In this document: in pieces, positions 27,800 to 42,796 of the stretch
How positions within the stretch are numbered: the stretch's first letter is position 1
How the letters are laid out: each line of letters begins with the position of its first letter
Source of the DNA: Eledone cirrhosa
Taxonomy: Eukaryota
Assembly: GCA_964016885.1 (NCBI GenBank)
Contig: OZ024743.1
Location: forward strand, 288,548,001-288,612,000
Direction: 5' to 3'
Length of the DNA stretch: 64,000 nucleotides
Made by a program: the position numbers and the translations under genes
The notes under the pieces: model-generated
Database searches by the model: none
What the model was told of the DNA's origin: nothing
The model's input: only the letters and a program-made list of their open reading frames with translations

Positions 27800-27840
27800 A
27801 AGGTTCAAGTTACCGGACTTTTGTCCTTCATCAGGAGAGT
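27800..27840 (-). ncRNA. Degenerate relative of the 24986 hammerhead-like motif
   Basis: Minus strand CTGATGA-A-GGAC aaaa GTCC-GGTAAC: same stem II, but the GAAA box is lost. Confidence 0.35.
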
Positions 27841-28588
27841 ACACTATTTGATAGATTAATAAACAAAAACAGAAAAAAACGGGACATGGGAATGTGTGTG
27901 GTTTTTAATTGTTTGTGTGATTCACCATGTATGTATATATATATATATTTATATAGGAAGAGAAAGAATGCTGTATCATCTTTGTGTGAATTGCTATTAA
28001 GACGTAAATGTACTCAATAAGGTTCGTAGAGTTATTTAGTACTATTTATTCAAAATGGATTCTGTGATTTATAGGGAGTTTCCTTTTTCCTGTCTTTAGA
28101 CGCCTAAGAACTCATAGCTCTGTTAATTCGATGCTTACGTCGCGGTAACTACTAAGAGAAAATAGAGCACTCGCCAGAGTGGTTCCAGAGCATAAGAGCC
28201 TCCAATGGATTCAGACAGAGTGTGGCAGTAGACTCGGGATTACACAACCCTTCAAAAATGTAAGTACGTGCCTATTATGTAACCACACAAAATAGACCTA
28301 GCCAGTTAACATCATAAAAATAAGATATGTTGTTTATCTTCCCCATACGAAGCGATATTCACCAGGACCACTGAATATTACAAGATGCTGACACGCAGCC
28401 AGTAATCTGAGTACAGATATGTAATCACCGCGGGTGAACAACGAAATGGATTAGATTTTATATGATGCTATATAACACGGGTGTAAAATTTACTGCTGTG
28501 AAAAGAAATCCCATAATCTCCCTTTATTTCACTCTCCCTCTCCCATCTCCCTCTTCAACTCATCGACCAAGCATAGATTGCATTAGAT

Positions 28589-28840
28589 CAATGTTTCCCA
28601 AACTTGTTGGCAAGGAACATCATGGTTCCGCAAGATAAGGTGTTATCTTTAATAAAAGGTAATATAAAATATCTTCTCTTTTTAATGAATAAGTATTCTC
28701 CCTGAAACAACTTTCTTTTTTTTTATTAACCACCTTATTAAAAGTTAAGTATAGGGAGTTGTTCGTCAAACATACGTGACTTTCGCAAGGTTGGGAATAT
28801 CGTATGAAGGTTTTGCGTTAAAATAGTTTGGAAACCTTTG
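28589..28840. mobile_element. Decayed hAT-type MITE
   Basis: TIRs CAATGTTTCCCAAAC and GTTTGGAAACCTTTG (12/15 match) resemble CAGTGGTTCCCAAAC-type hAT ends. The 8-bp flanks match only 5/8. Confidence 0.5.
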
Positions 28841-28949
28841 CAAGAGCTAGTGAACAAAAAGAGCGTAAAGCTGGTATTCATCTGTTAAAAAAAATGTAAA
28901 TTTTCATATAAGCTAATCTACAATTTAACTGTGTACAAGAAGTACCAAA

Positions 28950-29330
28950 TATAAATTGACAAAGGATGGACGTTTACACGCTGATACGGGAATGCCGAGA
29001 AAGAAACGATGTGAAACACACTGGTGTGTTTTCATACACCCAAAACCCATTGTAAGGCTGACACAGAACATTATATAACATAACCTGCATCAACGCAAAT
29101 GTTCGTGCTCCTACCTTCACAATACACTACTATCAAATACATATAGACATCAAAAGATGCAGAACGATTATGATTACCACATAAACAATTATAGATTGAG
29201 CACCGGTGTTTAAAACCTTATCACACTATTTTGATCCCTGACCCTTAAAGAAGCTCATATCATTCGCCACCCCATTGAAATCCTAAACAAACAAACCAGC
29301 TGAACTTGCCGGCTATACTAAACTACACGA
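28950..29330 (+). mobile_element. Possible Penelope-like GIY-YIG C-terminal remnant
   Basis: 29244-29291 reads LKEAHIIRHPIEILNK, resembling the LxExxxI...LNK end of PLE endonucleases. The frame is disrupted upstream. Confidence 0.35.
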
Positions 29331-29618
29331 TAATTAACAGCTCCTAACGCTTGACAAAATTAGCTTCCAATTATTAATCAAATGATTAAGTAATGACATA
29401 CATATCATACACATCAATGTCTTGTTTTAGCCATCTCAGGTCATATGAAACCTTTAGGTATAAGCTTGATATCTTTTTTGTCAACTGATAATTTTAACTG
29501 ATACAAAACACAAGGATAAATGGCGTGATTAACCATATTTATGCTTTTGAATAAAGGAACAATAAAAAATGATACACTATACATGCATATATAGATACAA
29601 AACATATAATATACATAG

Positions 29619-29664
<46 letters not shown>

Positions 29665-29744
29665 GGAGGGTGGGCGTTGTATTTGAATATATGGGGGCTA
29701 ACTACTTTGAGTTATAGCATAAGTAGCTCTGAAGGACACAAGCT

Positions 29745-30070
29745 TGACTATAATTAAGATGTTCGTTTCCTAATCAGAATGACCTGAATGTGATTCCACG
29801 GCATTCGGAGGCAAGTGTCTTTGTCATTGCCTTGGGTGGACGTGAGACTTGTGAGGGAAATTGAGTAGACAGGAACTGTGGAAAAGCTAGTCAGATGAAT
29901 TATACTTGTAACTGAAATGTTCTATTTTGTCACAGAATGTGCTACGATGAATCAAATATAGAATCATATTTATGATTCATATGTCGGTGGAATACTCAAC
30001 CACGTGCACGTAAATTCATGAATTAGACGTTCGATTGATAGAAAGCTTGATTGCTCATCGTCGAAAAGGA
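29745..30070 (+). mobile_element. Old tRNA-derived SINE (family C head, shared tail)
   Basis: ggcaagtgtct...cttgtgagggaaattgagtagacaggaactgtggaa motif. Reverse-oriented relatives at about 19680-19760 and 30320-30490. Confidence 0.55.
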
Positions 30071-30110
30071 CAAGGGCTTATTATCAATCAGAATCATCGT
30101 AATAAAGATG

Positions 30111-30290
30111 TCTACTATAGGCACAAGACCAGCAATTTTGGGGAGGGGAAATTCCATTAAATTGACCCCAGTGCATTACAGTTGCTTTATTTTATCGACC
30201 CCGTAAGGATGAAAGTCAAAGCTAACCTCGGCGGTATTTGAACTCAGAACGCAAAGGGACATAACTCTATGCTGCAAAGCATGGTGTCCC
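30111..30290 (-). mobile_element. Family-A SINE (5' truncated)
   Basis: Reverse complement of the core and tail. Confidence 0.85.
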
Positions 30291-31352
30291 AATGCGATAA
30301 ACTAGGCCTTTTGAACTATAAGTACAGCAAATCCAACGGTTTCTACACTGTTTCCTTTCCATTTTCAATTTCATTCACAATATCAACCAATGGCTATGTG
30401 ATTAAACATGTGCTATAATTACTACCCAGCGAAATCAAACATGAGCCCTCATGGTTGTGAAGAGCTCTTGTTAACCATTTGACCGTTACTGCGCTCTTAT
30501 AACACGTACCTGTATGGACACCACGTATGTTCCAGTGTCCAATATATTTCTATTTAAAATATTAAATATCATTTGATGGCAAACAAGGCACAACGAAACA
30601 ATTACGTAAATTAAATTTATAAGAATAAGACTTTGTTAACACACTGCTGAAATTCTGGTCTCAAGTTTCGGATCCTACGAAACGATGTCATGACACCATT
30701 TGGAAGAAACCCGTCTTTCTCCTTTCAAGATGATGATGTAGAAGAAGAAGAAGAAGAAGAAGAAGAAGAAGAAGAAGAAGAAGAAGAAGAAGAAGAAGAA
30801 GAAGAAGAAGAATATTAAAAGATAGGAAAATTGAGATTTCTCTCAGCTTGATCCACTACTAGTAGCCCCCCCCCCCCGCCATATTACCATCAGCACTATC
30901 ACTACCAGCATCAGCATCACTACAAATAAACCCCCGCCCTCCCCACCTATCACCACCACCATCATCAACGAAAAAACCACAACAGTTCCTACCGCCCTCC
31001 TCTTTCATAATAAAGCGGAAGATACTGAAATTTGATGATGGTGTAAGGTAAGGGGGCTGGAGCATTACCCCTCCCAGTCTACCAACATAAGATTTGTAAG
31101 TAGTGGGGCTAGGGGTAACAACAGGCAAAAAATAGTGGACTTTATCGTATTTTTATTATATCGAAATAGGCTATTAATCTCATCGTTAAAATAGAAAGCT
31201 GAGCACCTTATGAGATAATTAAGCGTGTGATACAAAAAATATGATATATATATACATATATATATATATATACATACATATATATTCATATATACATACA
31301 TACACACACACATATATATATATATACATATATATATACATATATACATATA

Positions 31353-31416
<64 letters not shown>

Positions 31417-31884
31417 ATATATATATATATATATATGTGTGTGTATGTATGAATGTATATATATATATATATATATTCATGTCTATAAAACATTAACAGT
31501 CCAGTTGATGTGGTATTATTGTGAATTATTAAATGTGAAGTCATTGGTTTATGCATGTGTGAGTGCACATGTTTATATTTGTGTATATGTATGTATATGA
31601 ATGTGTGTGTGTTGATGTTTGTATAAGAGAGATAGAAAGGAAGTAATATAGAGAGAAAGAGTCGTAAATAGATGTGAGGGCGGATGAAGGAAATAGAATG
31701 AAAGATGTTCATTGATTTATTAAATTAGACATCTTTTATACATAAACGTCTTCCCTATCTCTCCTTTCCTGTCACACCTATCTCCCTCTCACACACACAT
31801 TGTATGGACCTACGTCGGTTTTAGCGATGAGTGGTCTCATTGCTTGATCAAGGGAACAACTCGTTTATTAAATTGACGTGTAAA

Positions 31885-32103
31885 GGGCGGTTAATTGGCA
31901 GTATCGGTAGAGCTTCGGACGCCATACTTTGCAACATAGAGTTACGGCCCTTTATGATCTGAGTTCAAATCCCACCGAGGTTAACTTTGACTTTCAACCT
32001 TACGGGGTCGATAAAATAAAGTACCAGTCAGGCACTGGGGTCGATTTAATCGACTTTCCCTTCCCCCAAAATTGCTGTTCTTGTGCCTATATAAGAAACC
32101 ATT
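31885..32103 (+). mobile_element. Full-length family-A SINE with 17-bp target-site duplication
   Basis: attaaattgacgtgtaa at 31867-31883 and 32101-32117 flanks a complete copy. Confidence 0.93.
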
Positions 32104-33184
32104 AAATTGACGTGTAAGTGCCCGAGGATTCTGTTCACGGGGAAATAATAGTAATAGTGGTGGTGATACCACAGTGTGTGAAAAAACCTGGCACTTCGAA
32201 TTACGGATACAGTCCATCTGACAGGGTTACAAATAATATCCTATAGAATTTTGCATATCTGTATGAATTAATGGAACACATTTGCATACGGAGCAGTAGG
32301 CGGTGAGGCTTAAATTAAAAAAGTTTGTATTGGTGCTCCTCTATAATGGTAGACACATATATGTACGTATTTATGTATTGAATAATAAACAAGATGTTTA
32401 TGAAAAACATTTGAGGGCTTTTTAAATAGGATTCTAGCTTATTTTAAGCTGAGCAGAAGTGAGGTGATATATAGTCTTGAAAGACGCAAAAGAACGAGAA
32501 ACAGTGCCTTGTCGATTACTTCCCCTTGTTTCTGCTGGTTACAACCTTAAAAAAAAAAGTTGTATGAATCTCAACACGGATGGAGCTGTGAAAACAGCCT
32601 GGTGCTATTACGCATAACAAAATTAGGGTTAAATCAGAAAATCGAAAGAACGGTCAGAGAAGGAGAGAGAGATGGAGAGAAAGAAAGAGAGTCTTTAGCA
32701 TGTGATGAGAATTGAGAGAGAAATGTAGAGAGAAGAAAAGCGGGAATAAAGACGATGGAGTATTTTTCTTTCTTTCAGTGTATGAGATGGACTTTACTCA
32801 AATGTTTGACCTCAAAATGTAGCCGAACATGGAGTTCGAATGATTTTACCGGAGTGGAATCCGCTTAAGTTATCCAAGGTCCACCTTGTGCTGTTAAACT
32901 GATTGATGAATTAATTCTACCACCCAAATAAGTCACAACTGGATTTGAACAAAAAATGGCAGAGGACTGTTCGAGGCTGGTGCGTTTCCGCCAATCCACT
33001 GCCTGGACAGGTACTTTCTTTTATCAACTGATGAAAGGAAAATTTGAGCTTTGTGGGATTTGAACTGGGGCAAATATTGTCAAGTAATTTTGACTTACGA
33101 TGTAGAGACTGCCAACTCACTGCACCGAACGAAAATAAATTTATTGGATAAAAAGGAGAGAAGATTGGAGAGGGAGAAAGAAAG

Positions 33185-33188
<4 letters not shown>

Positions 33189-33263
<75 letters not shown>
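33189..33263. repeat. (GA)n microsatellite in a purine-rich tract
   Basis: Directly visible. Confidence 0.95.
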
Positions 33264-33267
<4 letters not shown>

Positions 33268-33753
33268 ATGTAGAGAAGATGACCGACCGACAGAGAGAGT
33301 GGAAAAAAGAGAGAGAGAAAAAATGAGAGGAAAGAGAGGTAGCCCAGACGAGAGAGAAGAGAGACAGGAACACAGAATGTGGGGAGAAAGAATAGGCAGA
33401 GACAGGAAATGAGAGGAGAGATGGACTGAGAGAGAAGAGGGACAGACAGATAAAGAATGGCCCCCAAAAAGGGCAGCAGTAGAGAAGAGGGGAAGAGACA
33501 TTCCTAGCAAGAGGGACAGACAAAGAGAAAGTCAAACAGGATAAACAGATGGACAGAGAAGAAGTAGTGACTTAGAGACAATCAGAGATAAAAAGAAAGA
33601 AACTGATGATTTAGCATAGATGAAAAATCTTGAGCATCTGGCTAAAGGTGTGAGGTTGTCCGTCAGTTTAATGTCAGACGAGACAAATACAATGAAAATC
33701 TATACAACGATACCCTCCCGCCATTTATCTCTTTTCTTTCTGTCGCACATTCA

Positions 33754-33822
<69 letters not shown>

Positions 33823-34331
33823 CACACACAATCTCACCAAACGTCCCTATTTCTAACTCTCTCTGCTCTTCTGTGGCGCTCTCTTTGCATTTATCTCCCT
33901 TACTCTCTCCCATACTCTCTCTTCTCTCCGTCTTTATGCACCTCTCTCTCTCTCTCACATACACACGACCACCCTATTCTCTGTTCCACTATATTCCCTC
34001 TCTTTTCACTTCCCTTTAGCTCACTCACTCTTATACACACCATTCCTTAATATCATCTCTTTATTTCCCTCTCACCCCCTCTCTCAGGTTTATAAACCGC
34101 TTTCTTCTCTCATCCTATCACTTTCTGTCAGATATCCTGTGTACCACGTTTCACTCATGATCTTCTTCATGTTAATGTTATCTTCCTAGTTGATATTGTT
34201 GTTGTTGTTGATAATGGAGATGATGATGAGGATGGTGATGATGATGAGAAGAGAGTAAGAGTGATGATTCTGGTGATTAATATGATAATGATAATGATGT
34301 TGTTGATGATGATGAAGATGATAATGATATC

Positions 34332-34371
<40 letters not shown>

Positions 34372-34618
34372 TCGATGCTTATAATGTTACTGGTGATAGC
34401 GGGGCAGTGGTGGCAGGTATTGTTGCTGTTGTCATGGTTGTCATCGTTACTGTTGTTGGGCTTTAATATGAGATATGACAACTTGTGGTTGTTTTAACAC
34501 TATCCATTTAGAGTTTAGGGAACAGTGAACTCCCTAAGGTACGTCGCATAAAGGAAAAAAAGCAATTATACAAAGCAGTTACATAGTCTTCCTCACACAC
34601 ACAGATACACACACAAAT

Positions 34619-34652
<34 letters not shown>

Positions 34653-34905
34653 TCATACACACAGACAAACACACACGCTACCCTTCTCATACATAATCAT
34701 GCGCTCACATGTCATTTATAGTCCACAAAACAAATATTTTCCATGGCGATTTTAACCAAAAATAGGCCTCACTACTTCTGCACGTAAAGGGTGTCTTGAT
34801 ACATTATTTAATAATGATCAGAATATTTTTTATGTAATATCAACTTTACAACTCTTCTATCCATAAAGAATTTTTAAAATATTAATGCATTGATCTTCTA
34901 GCATA

Positions 34906-35070
34906 AATTGAAGGTAAATATTACATAATTGTTTCTACTTTAGGCACAAGGCCAGCAATTACCCAGTGCATTGCTGGTACTTTATTGCACTGGGTAATTG
35001 CTGGCCTTGTGCCTAAAGTAGAAAAAATTATGTAATATTTACCTTCAATTGAAGGTAAATATTACATAAT
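34906..35070. repeat. Inverted triplication of a SINE tail plus its flank
   Basis: 65-bp arms at 34906-34970 and 34986-35050, overlapped by a perfect 44-bp palindrome at 35027-35070. Confidence 0.92.
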
Positions 35071-35248
35071 AAATATTAATAGCAAGCTACTGATGATGAC
35101 GAAGACGATCATGGTGATGATGATGATGATGATGATGATGAGGAGGAGGAGGAGGAGGAGGAGGGGATGGGGATCGGGGATCAAACCTCTATCGAATTCA
35201 ATGTCGAGCATTCAGTTTTTCTGAATATCTTATTCTTCAGAATTGAAC

Positions 35249-35389
<141 letters not shown>

Positions 35390-35938
35390 AACACATGTAT
35401 ACTTGTGAACACATGTATACTTGTATCAGTGTTTATCCCTATCATATATTCATTTGTATTACACGGCTCGGAAATATTCCTTTCTTTGAGCTATTTAATT
35501 GTAAAAAACTATTTTGAGTTTATAACTCTCTCTATATATAATATATATGTATATCTTTATATATATATAAATATATATATATGTATATAAGTATATATCT
35601 ATATATATGTGTGTGAGTGTGTATGTGTGTGCGTGTATGTGTGACAAGGAGAAAGATGACAAAAATGTCGCAATGTTTTATTGTAGTAATCTGTTCTATT
35701 TCAGACGACTCATCCTCATCTGTACTTCTCCAACCCTACTAATATTTTCAGTCTTCCTCTATCTCCATTGTGGAAACTTTCCTGTTTATCCCAGAGGTGG
35801 TTGTCAGTTAAAATTTCTTTTGTATTATCTTGGGTTGGATCTGGATTCCGGTGCGAAATTTAGTGAAGATTCTTTAAAATAGATATATTTTCACGCTTAT
35901 ACACATGCACCCCCACCCACCGCACACACACACACACA

Positions 35939-36027
<89 letters not shown>

Positions 36028-36347
36028 TGTGAGAAAAACCACAAACCCTCCATCTCAATTCTAATTTTGAGAACTGCGAAACCGGTAAAGGAACCAAATA
36101 AATATATATAAAAAAAAGACTCCAGTTGCATTTTCCATTTCAACTTTTTTCCTTATACTTTCACTCGTGTAGGACACCTCGTTTTTTTTTCATTTTGTAA
36201 AAAAACCTCACTTTTTATATATATATATATATATGTGTGTGTGTTTGTGTGTGTGTAAAAGGTAAACAGAAATAACAACACAATTGGTACAGTATATGGA
36301 AGGGATATATATTAGGAAGAGGGTCTTAACTTTTCGGATGCGAGACC

Positions 36348-36396
<49 letters not shown>

Positions 36397-36399
<3 letters not shown>

Positions 36400-36695
36400 T
36401 AAGAATATTTTTGAAACAGCGAGCGAGTTTGAAATTATTATTAATGTAAGCTATCGCCGTATTTTGACTTAAGAAATTAAAGAAATTATTTAGCCTGATA
36501 GTGGGGTTAAGAACCCTCGGAGAAATGTAAAAAGATGAGTATTGACGTACATGGGAGTCGGACCCACAGCTTTGGTTATCCAGACCACTGTGCTACCATT
36601 TACACCAACACATCACTCCGAGGGTTCTTGACCCCACTATCAGGCTAAATAATTTCTTTAATTTCTTTAGTCTAAATACGGCGATAGCTTACATT
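36397..36695. mobile_element. Second copy of the tRNA-like fold-back element (80-bp inverted arms)
   Basis: Near-identical to 7081-7468. Arms at 36443-36522 and 36616-36695; (TA)n on both sides. Confidence 0.9.
36543..36614 (-). pseudogene. 72-nt tRNA-like cloverleaf (second copy)
   Basis: GATGTGTTGGTGTAAATGGTAGCACAGTGGTCTGGATAACCAAAGCTGTGGGTCCGACTCCCATGTACGTCA, followed by atactcatcTTTTT. Confidence 0.7.
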
Positions 36696-37447
36696 TATAA
36701 TATATATATATATATATATAAAAGAATGTGTGTATGTGTATATATAGAGGTTTGGATAGAACCTTCTGACCAAAATTTGTAAAAGTAAAAAAATATAAAT
36801 TGAAATGAACGTGGTGGGTGGATGAGCTGATGAACGGATGGTCGGATGGATTGACGCGTTGATGGTTGGATGGATTCATGTAGAAAATGAGGAAGTGTGA
36901 AATAAATGAATAAATATACAAATAAAATGGCGCATGAATTGGGTGAGGTGGGTTGAAAGCATAAAAGTTATGGGATACATCTCCTCATAAAAAAAAATTA
37001 AATAAATAAAGATTAGATGAGCTGGATAACTGGAAGATTAGATGAATGGATGACTTGGGTAAGAAAGAGGTGAAGTGTGAAATAAAAGAAATAAAAATGG
37101 GGAGAGGAAGGTGGTTCTGAAGGAAAGAGTAATTGTGATGCGATCGTTCAAGATGGTAAGACAGAACGCTAAAACAAAAGCAAATTATTACAACGACTTC
37201 TCTTGCCTGATGTGGTGTTAAAATATATGAAGCTGCGAGAAAGAAGACTGGACACACCAACTCCATATCTACGGCACTACTTTCTTTTATCTGCTGCCCC
37301 TGCTTCTGCCTCTCCTTCACAATCGCCAATCTGTATCCATTGTCTTACCCAGTCACCCTATATTAAACCTCCACACACACATTATTTCACACCTTCATCT
37401 CTCTGTCTACTCTGCCAGCTTGCAACTTGCAGCTCACACGACGAAGA

Positions 37448-37890
37448 CCATCACCACCACCATTACTACCACCATCACCACCACCAACAACAACAACATC
37501 AACAATAACACCACCACCACTACCGCCAACAACAACAACATCAACAATAACATCCCACTTCCACCACCAACAACAACAACAATAACACTACCACCAACAC
37601 CACAACCACCACCATCACCACCACCAACAACAACATCAACAATAACACCCGACTATCACCACCACCAACAACAACAATAACACTAGCACTACCACCACAA
37701 CCACCACCACCACCAACAAGAACAATAACACCACTACTTCAACTACCACCACAACCACCAGCAACAAAAACAACATCACCATCAACACTAACATCCCACC
37801 ACCACCCCCTTCAACAACAACAACAATAACACTACCACTACCACCACCACAACCACCACCACAACCACCACCAACAACAACAACCAAAAT
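37448..37890. repeat. (CCA/CAA)n low-complexity tract
   Basis: Directly visible. Confidence 0.85.
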
Positions 37891-38256
37891 ACAAAATTAA
37901 ACAAAACAAATAACCCTTTCTATATTACAACTTATTTTCCAGTTTATCCATCTGTTCAGTATTTTATTCACCCTTTTTACATCACCCTCTCCCTCTCCCC
38001 CTCCATATTCCCCCTCCCTCTCTCTGTTTCTCTCTCCCCACTCTCTCTCTCACCTTCTCCCTTTCTCTCTAAATTTTGTCACCCTGGGGTGCCTCTTTCA
38101 ATCAATTTAGTCGATTATATCGACACCCAGTAATTATTTTTATCAAATCCAGTCCATATTTTATCGATCACTGATAGTTGAGCCACTGACTTACGGGACA
38201 TAATAACAAAAACGTCAACATTAGGCACACACGCACACACACACACACACACACAG

Positions 38257-38291
<35 letters not shown>

Positions 38292-38357
38292 GTATGATGA
38301 TTTCATACGAATGAAACAGTTCTAGTCCTGTAGATTAAAATTCGTTATATATAAATA

Positions 38358-38775
38358 TATTGTTGATGATGTTGGCGGTGTTGGTTTTGATGGTGGTGGC
38401 AGTGATTGTGATAATGGTTGTAGTGGTGTTGGTAGTGATGTTGGAGTTGTTCATGTTAGTGATGTTGGTGATGCTAGAGTTGATGTTGGTGGTGTTGGGC
38501 ATATTGGTGTTGTTGGTTTTGTTGATGTTGTTCTTGTTGGTTGTGTTGATGTTACTGATGTTGATGTTGTTGGTGAAAGTGGTGTTGATGTTACTGATGT
38601 TAGTGGTGTTGGTGATGGTGGCGCTGTTGCTAGCGTTGATGATGTCGGTATTAGCAGAGTTGGGCTTGAAAGCATTGATATTGGTGGCGGTGGTGGTGTG
38701 TCTGGTGCTGATGGTGGGGCCGGTGTTGGTGTGGAAAGCGTGGTTGGAGGTGTTGCTAACTGATGGTGTGATGAC
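38358..38775. repeat. (GTT/GGT/GAT)n low-complexity tract
   Basis: Directly visible; explains the L/V/M- and N/T/I-rich ORFs. Confidence 0.85.
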
Positions 38776-39243
38776 AAGTTTTGTTGACCATCCATCAAAT
38801 AAGATGATGTGAATGATAGACTGTACCATTTTGCAACGGAGGCAGCTTGACATCAGAAGAGTCGTGGGTCTGGATGGGGTCGGTGTGTGACGACGATGAC
38901 GATGAGGATGATGATGACGAGGATGATGATGATGGTGGTATTAAGTCCAGATGAGCCTAGTTTGAGTAAACCTTTAATCAAAGGTATCCTAGCTCCAGTC
39001 ATCTCGTCTTTCCCCTTACCATAGTGTATTTAAATGTTACGGTCGTTGTCAGCTGTTTTTGTAGTTGGTGGTGGTGTTGATAATGTTATTGTTGTTGAGA
39101 TGGTGAGGTTAGTGATGATAGTAGGGAAGATGGCATAAAAGAAGGGTGTCATGGCGTCAAATGTGATGCCAAATATTAAATATATAATACAATAAAGGAA
39201 AATAATTATAACAACAACAATGACATCTTTCTGATGTACACTG

Positions 39244-39730
39244 CTAGCAATTTGACGAGAAGGGAAAAATTGAATGCTTCGACCCAGTACGTGATTTGTA
39301 TTTTGTTTTAACGACCCAAGAAGGATGAAAGGCAAAGCTAACCTCGACGGCATTTGAACTCAGGACGTAACTGGCCAGCAATTTAGGGGCAGGGGAATGG
39401 CGATTAAATCGACCCCAGTGCGTCACTTGTACTATACCTCATCGACCCCGGAAGGATGAAAGGCAAAGCTAAACTCGGCGGGATTTGAACTGAAAGGGCC
39501 GTAACACTATACCGTAAAGCATATTGTCCGACGCTCTATTAATGATAAATAATAATTGTTTCTACTTTGGGCACAAGGCCAGCAATTATCCTAGTGCATA
39601 ACTGGTACTTTATTTTATCGACCCTGTAAGGATGAAAGGCAAGTTTGAATTCAGATCACAAAGGGTCGTAACTCTATGTTGCAAAGCATGGCTTCCGACT
39701 TGCTACTGATATTGCCAATCCACTGCCCTA
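39244..39730 (-). mobile_element. Tandem array of three family-A SINEs
   Basis: aaggatgaaaggcaa core at about 39321, 39452 and 39628, with associated heads and tails. Confidence 0.85.
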
Positions 39731-40592
39731 ATAAATAATAATAACAACAAACACTACAACGACGGCTACTACAGACTAAATAAAGTATCTTTCATTTTTT
39801 GGTAAATATGTCACCTATAAATGGCCAGAGAGAAAAAAAGAAAAAACAAAAGACTCGCCCTACCATTGATATTTAATCATTCCCTGCCTTAAACTCAAAT
39901 TACCTACACTCCACCACCACCACCACCACCACCACCACCACCATTATCACCACTACTTCTACTTGACTGGGTATATTTAACTATCGCCTGATAGCCTAAG
40001 AGTATTTTTTTGCCTTTGATTCTCCGCTGCCTCGTTTTTGATCTCATTGTAGAATAAATTCATCAACCTTTCGCTTGATCTATATTTCGTCGTCTACTGT
40101 TCCGTTTTAATTCTTCTTCTTTTTCTGTTTCCTTTAGTAGTGTGTATGTATACACACACATACACACACACATACACACACACACAACACACACACACAT
40201 ATATATATACATATATATAGAGAGAGATATAGATTATTATATATATATATGAGTGTTTGTGTATATGATTATGTATATATTGCATATGCATATGCATATA
40301 TATATATATATATATATAAATATATGTGTGTGTGTGTGTATGGGTGTATGCATATATATATATATATGAGTATGTATGTAATATACACATGCATACATAA
40401 ACACACAAACAAGCACTCGCACAAACACACAAACATACAAACACATTTATAATTTGCGTTGTATAGTATTATTATGAATGCTTGGAAAGAAAAAATAACA
40501 AGTTAACGGACGTCAAGATTTTGGAAACTTATACTTGTATAACTTGAATAAACGGCATTAAAAAAACTTGTTTTCAATCAAAATAATGCATG

Positions 40593-40711
<119 letters not shown>

Positions 40712-40786
40712 CACACACACATATATATATATATTTATACATATATACATATATATATATATTTATTTATATATATATATATATAT

Positions 40787-40830
<44 letters not shown>

Positions 40831-41014
40831 TATATATATATATCTATTTAATGATACCCTTTCTATAGAATTTCTATAGAATACAGTATTCACTTGCAAT
40901 TTCATATAATTTAGTTTCCATTGAACTGGTGCAAATATTTTCTACTTTTTTAACTATTCTTTTCTCTGTTTTCTCGCAAAATTTATCGGTTAATTTTCGC
41001 TTATTTCAATAAAA

Positions 41015-41026
<12 letters not shown>

Positions 41027-41106
<80 letters not shown>
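41027..41106. repeat. (CTA)n microsatellite
   Basis: Directly visible. Confidence 0.95.
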
Positions 41107-41108
<2 letters not shown>

Positions 41109-41271
41109 TATTGATGCTAGTAAAAAGTAAACAACTGGTGAAAGCACTTCAGTCCATAACATTGCACTAGAAACCGGCCGTGTACTTACATGCACACACA
41201 CTCCCATACGAATGGACACACACACGCACGCACCACCACACACACACGCACACACACACACACACACACAT

Positions 41272-41349
<78 letters not shown>

Positions 41350-41462
41350 GTAGCAGAGTGACTTATTTATGAAATTGCAGTGATTATGGTCAAATAAATT
41401 CGCCGAGAATTAACCAGCACACTATCTTTCCCTTATTATCATTTCTGTATGTCTGTCTTTCT

Positions 41463-41526
<64 letters not shown>

Positions 41527-42723
41527 TTTCTCTGCAAAAACACCATATATCAGCATGGTATATCATCGACGATTACAAATTGGTAATTAACAAAATAGGT
41601 ATATTTAATAGTTTTCGTAAGGTTCGAAACATTTGGCGTGACTAAATAATGTATTCTAAATCAAAATCATTAACTTATTGAGTATGTTTCATTTCATGCT
41701 TGTAAAATGACCGATTACTAAATTAACTGAATGAATCTGAAAGCAAATTAAAATATATTTTCTGGTTTTTCGTTATAAACCTTTGTTTTGGGATTATTTT
41801 ACTTCGACGATTTGAAGGATATTTTTGAAAAAAAAAAAAAAAAAAAAATCCCGAATATCTTATCTGTAAATAATTTTGTGAAGCCATGAACTGACAGAAT
41901 ATAATTATAAGGTGTAGTAATGGATTAGAAAATCACATAGTGTAGTAATGGTGAATCAAATACTGGAATGTCACAAAGACATCATATTTGACAATTCCCA
42001 ATTTATAATTTGAATATCTTAGAGAAAGTAATTTTTTGTATGATTTTAAATGTCATTTAGTTTCCACTCTTTTGTCAAGTTCTTTCTTTCATTTTAATTC
42101 ACTTTCATGTCAGCTAATTTGTTGTCAACCATTATATTGTCGGTTATATATACCTAAAGCGAAACATCATCGATTGATTGAAAGAGTTAGAACAAAGTAA
42201 TTAAAAAGAGAACTAATTGCCGCCCATTCATATAAAAATCAAGCAATCGATTATTTGTGTTCTTTCAATAAGAGTCCAATAATCAGGTTCATATCAGTAA
42301 AACAGGCTTTAGAGTCAGAAGAGTTCATTTCTAGGTCAGAACAATTTACGGATTTACGATACTGTTTACAAACATCAAATATATAGTAGCGGTGTTTTAA
42401 AATGCACTTACTCATTGCCTTTAATCGGTGTATCTCTATATCGATGTTTGTTTGTACATGCGATTATACGAACGTAGTATGTATGTATATATGTATGTAT
42501 GCATGTCTGTCTGTCTGTCTATCTGTATGTATGTATGGATGGATGTACGTATGTATGTATGCATGTACGCATGTAAGTTTATATAAATTTACATAAGGGT
42601 GTAGGTGTGCGTATTAATGTATTTGTTGACAATTTCTCTTTGATGCATGTCGAATTGATTAGAGTCCCCTTTGAACTAAATACAAACACATATGTAAGCG
42701 CGTGTCTACATATATGGGACTAT

Positions 42724-42796
<73 letters not shown>

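Noticed and set aside
37448-38775. CCA/CAA tract facing a TGG/TTG tract as a large inverted repeat
   Set aside because: The complementarity is only compositional; there is no alignable unique sequence.
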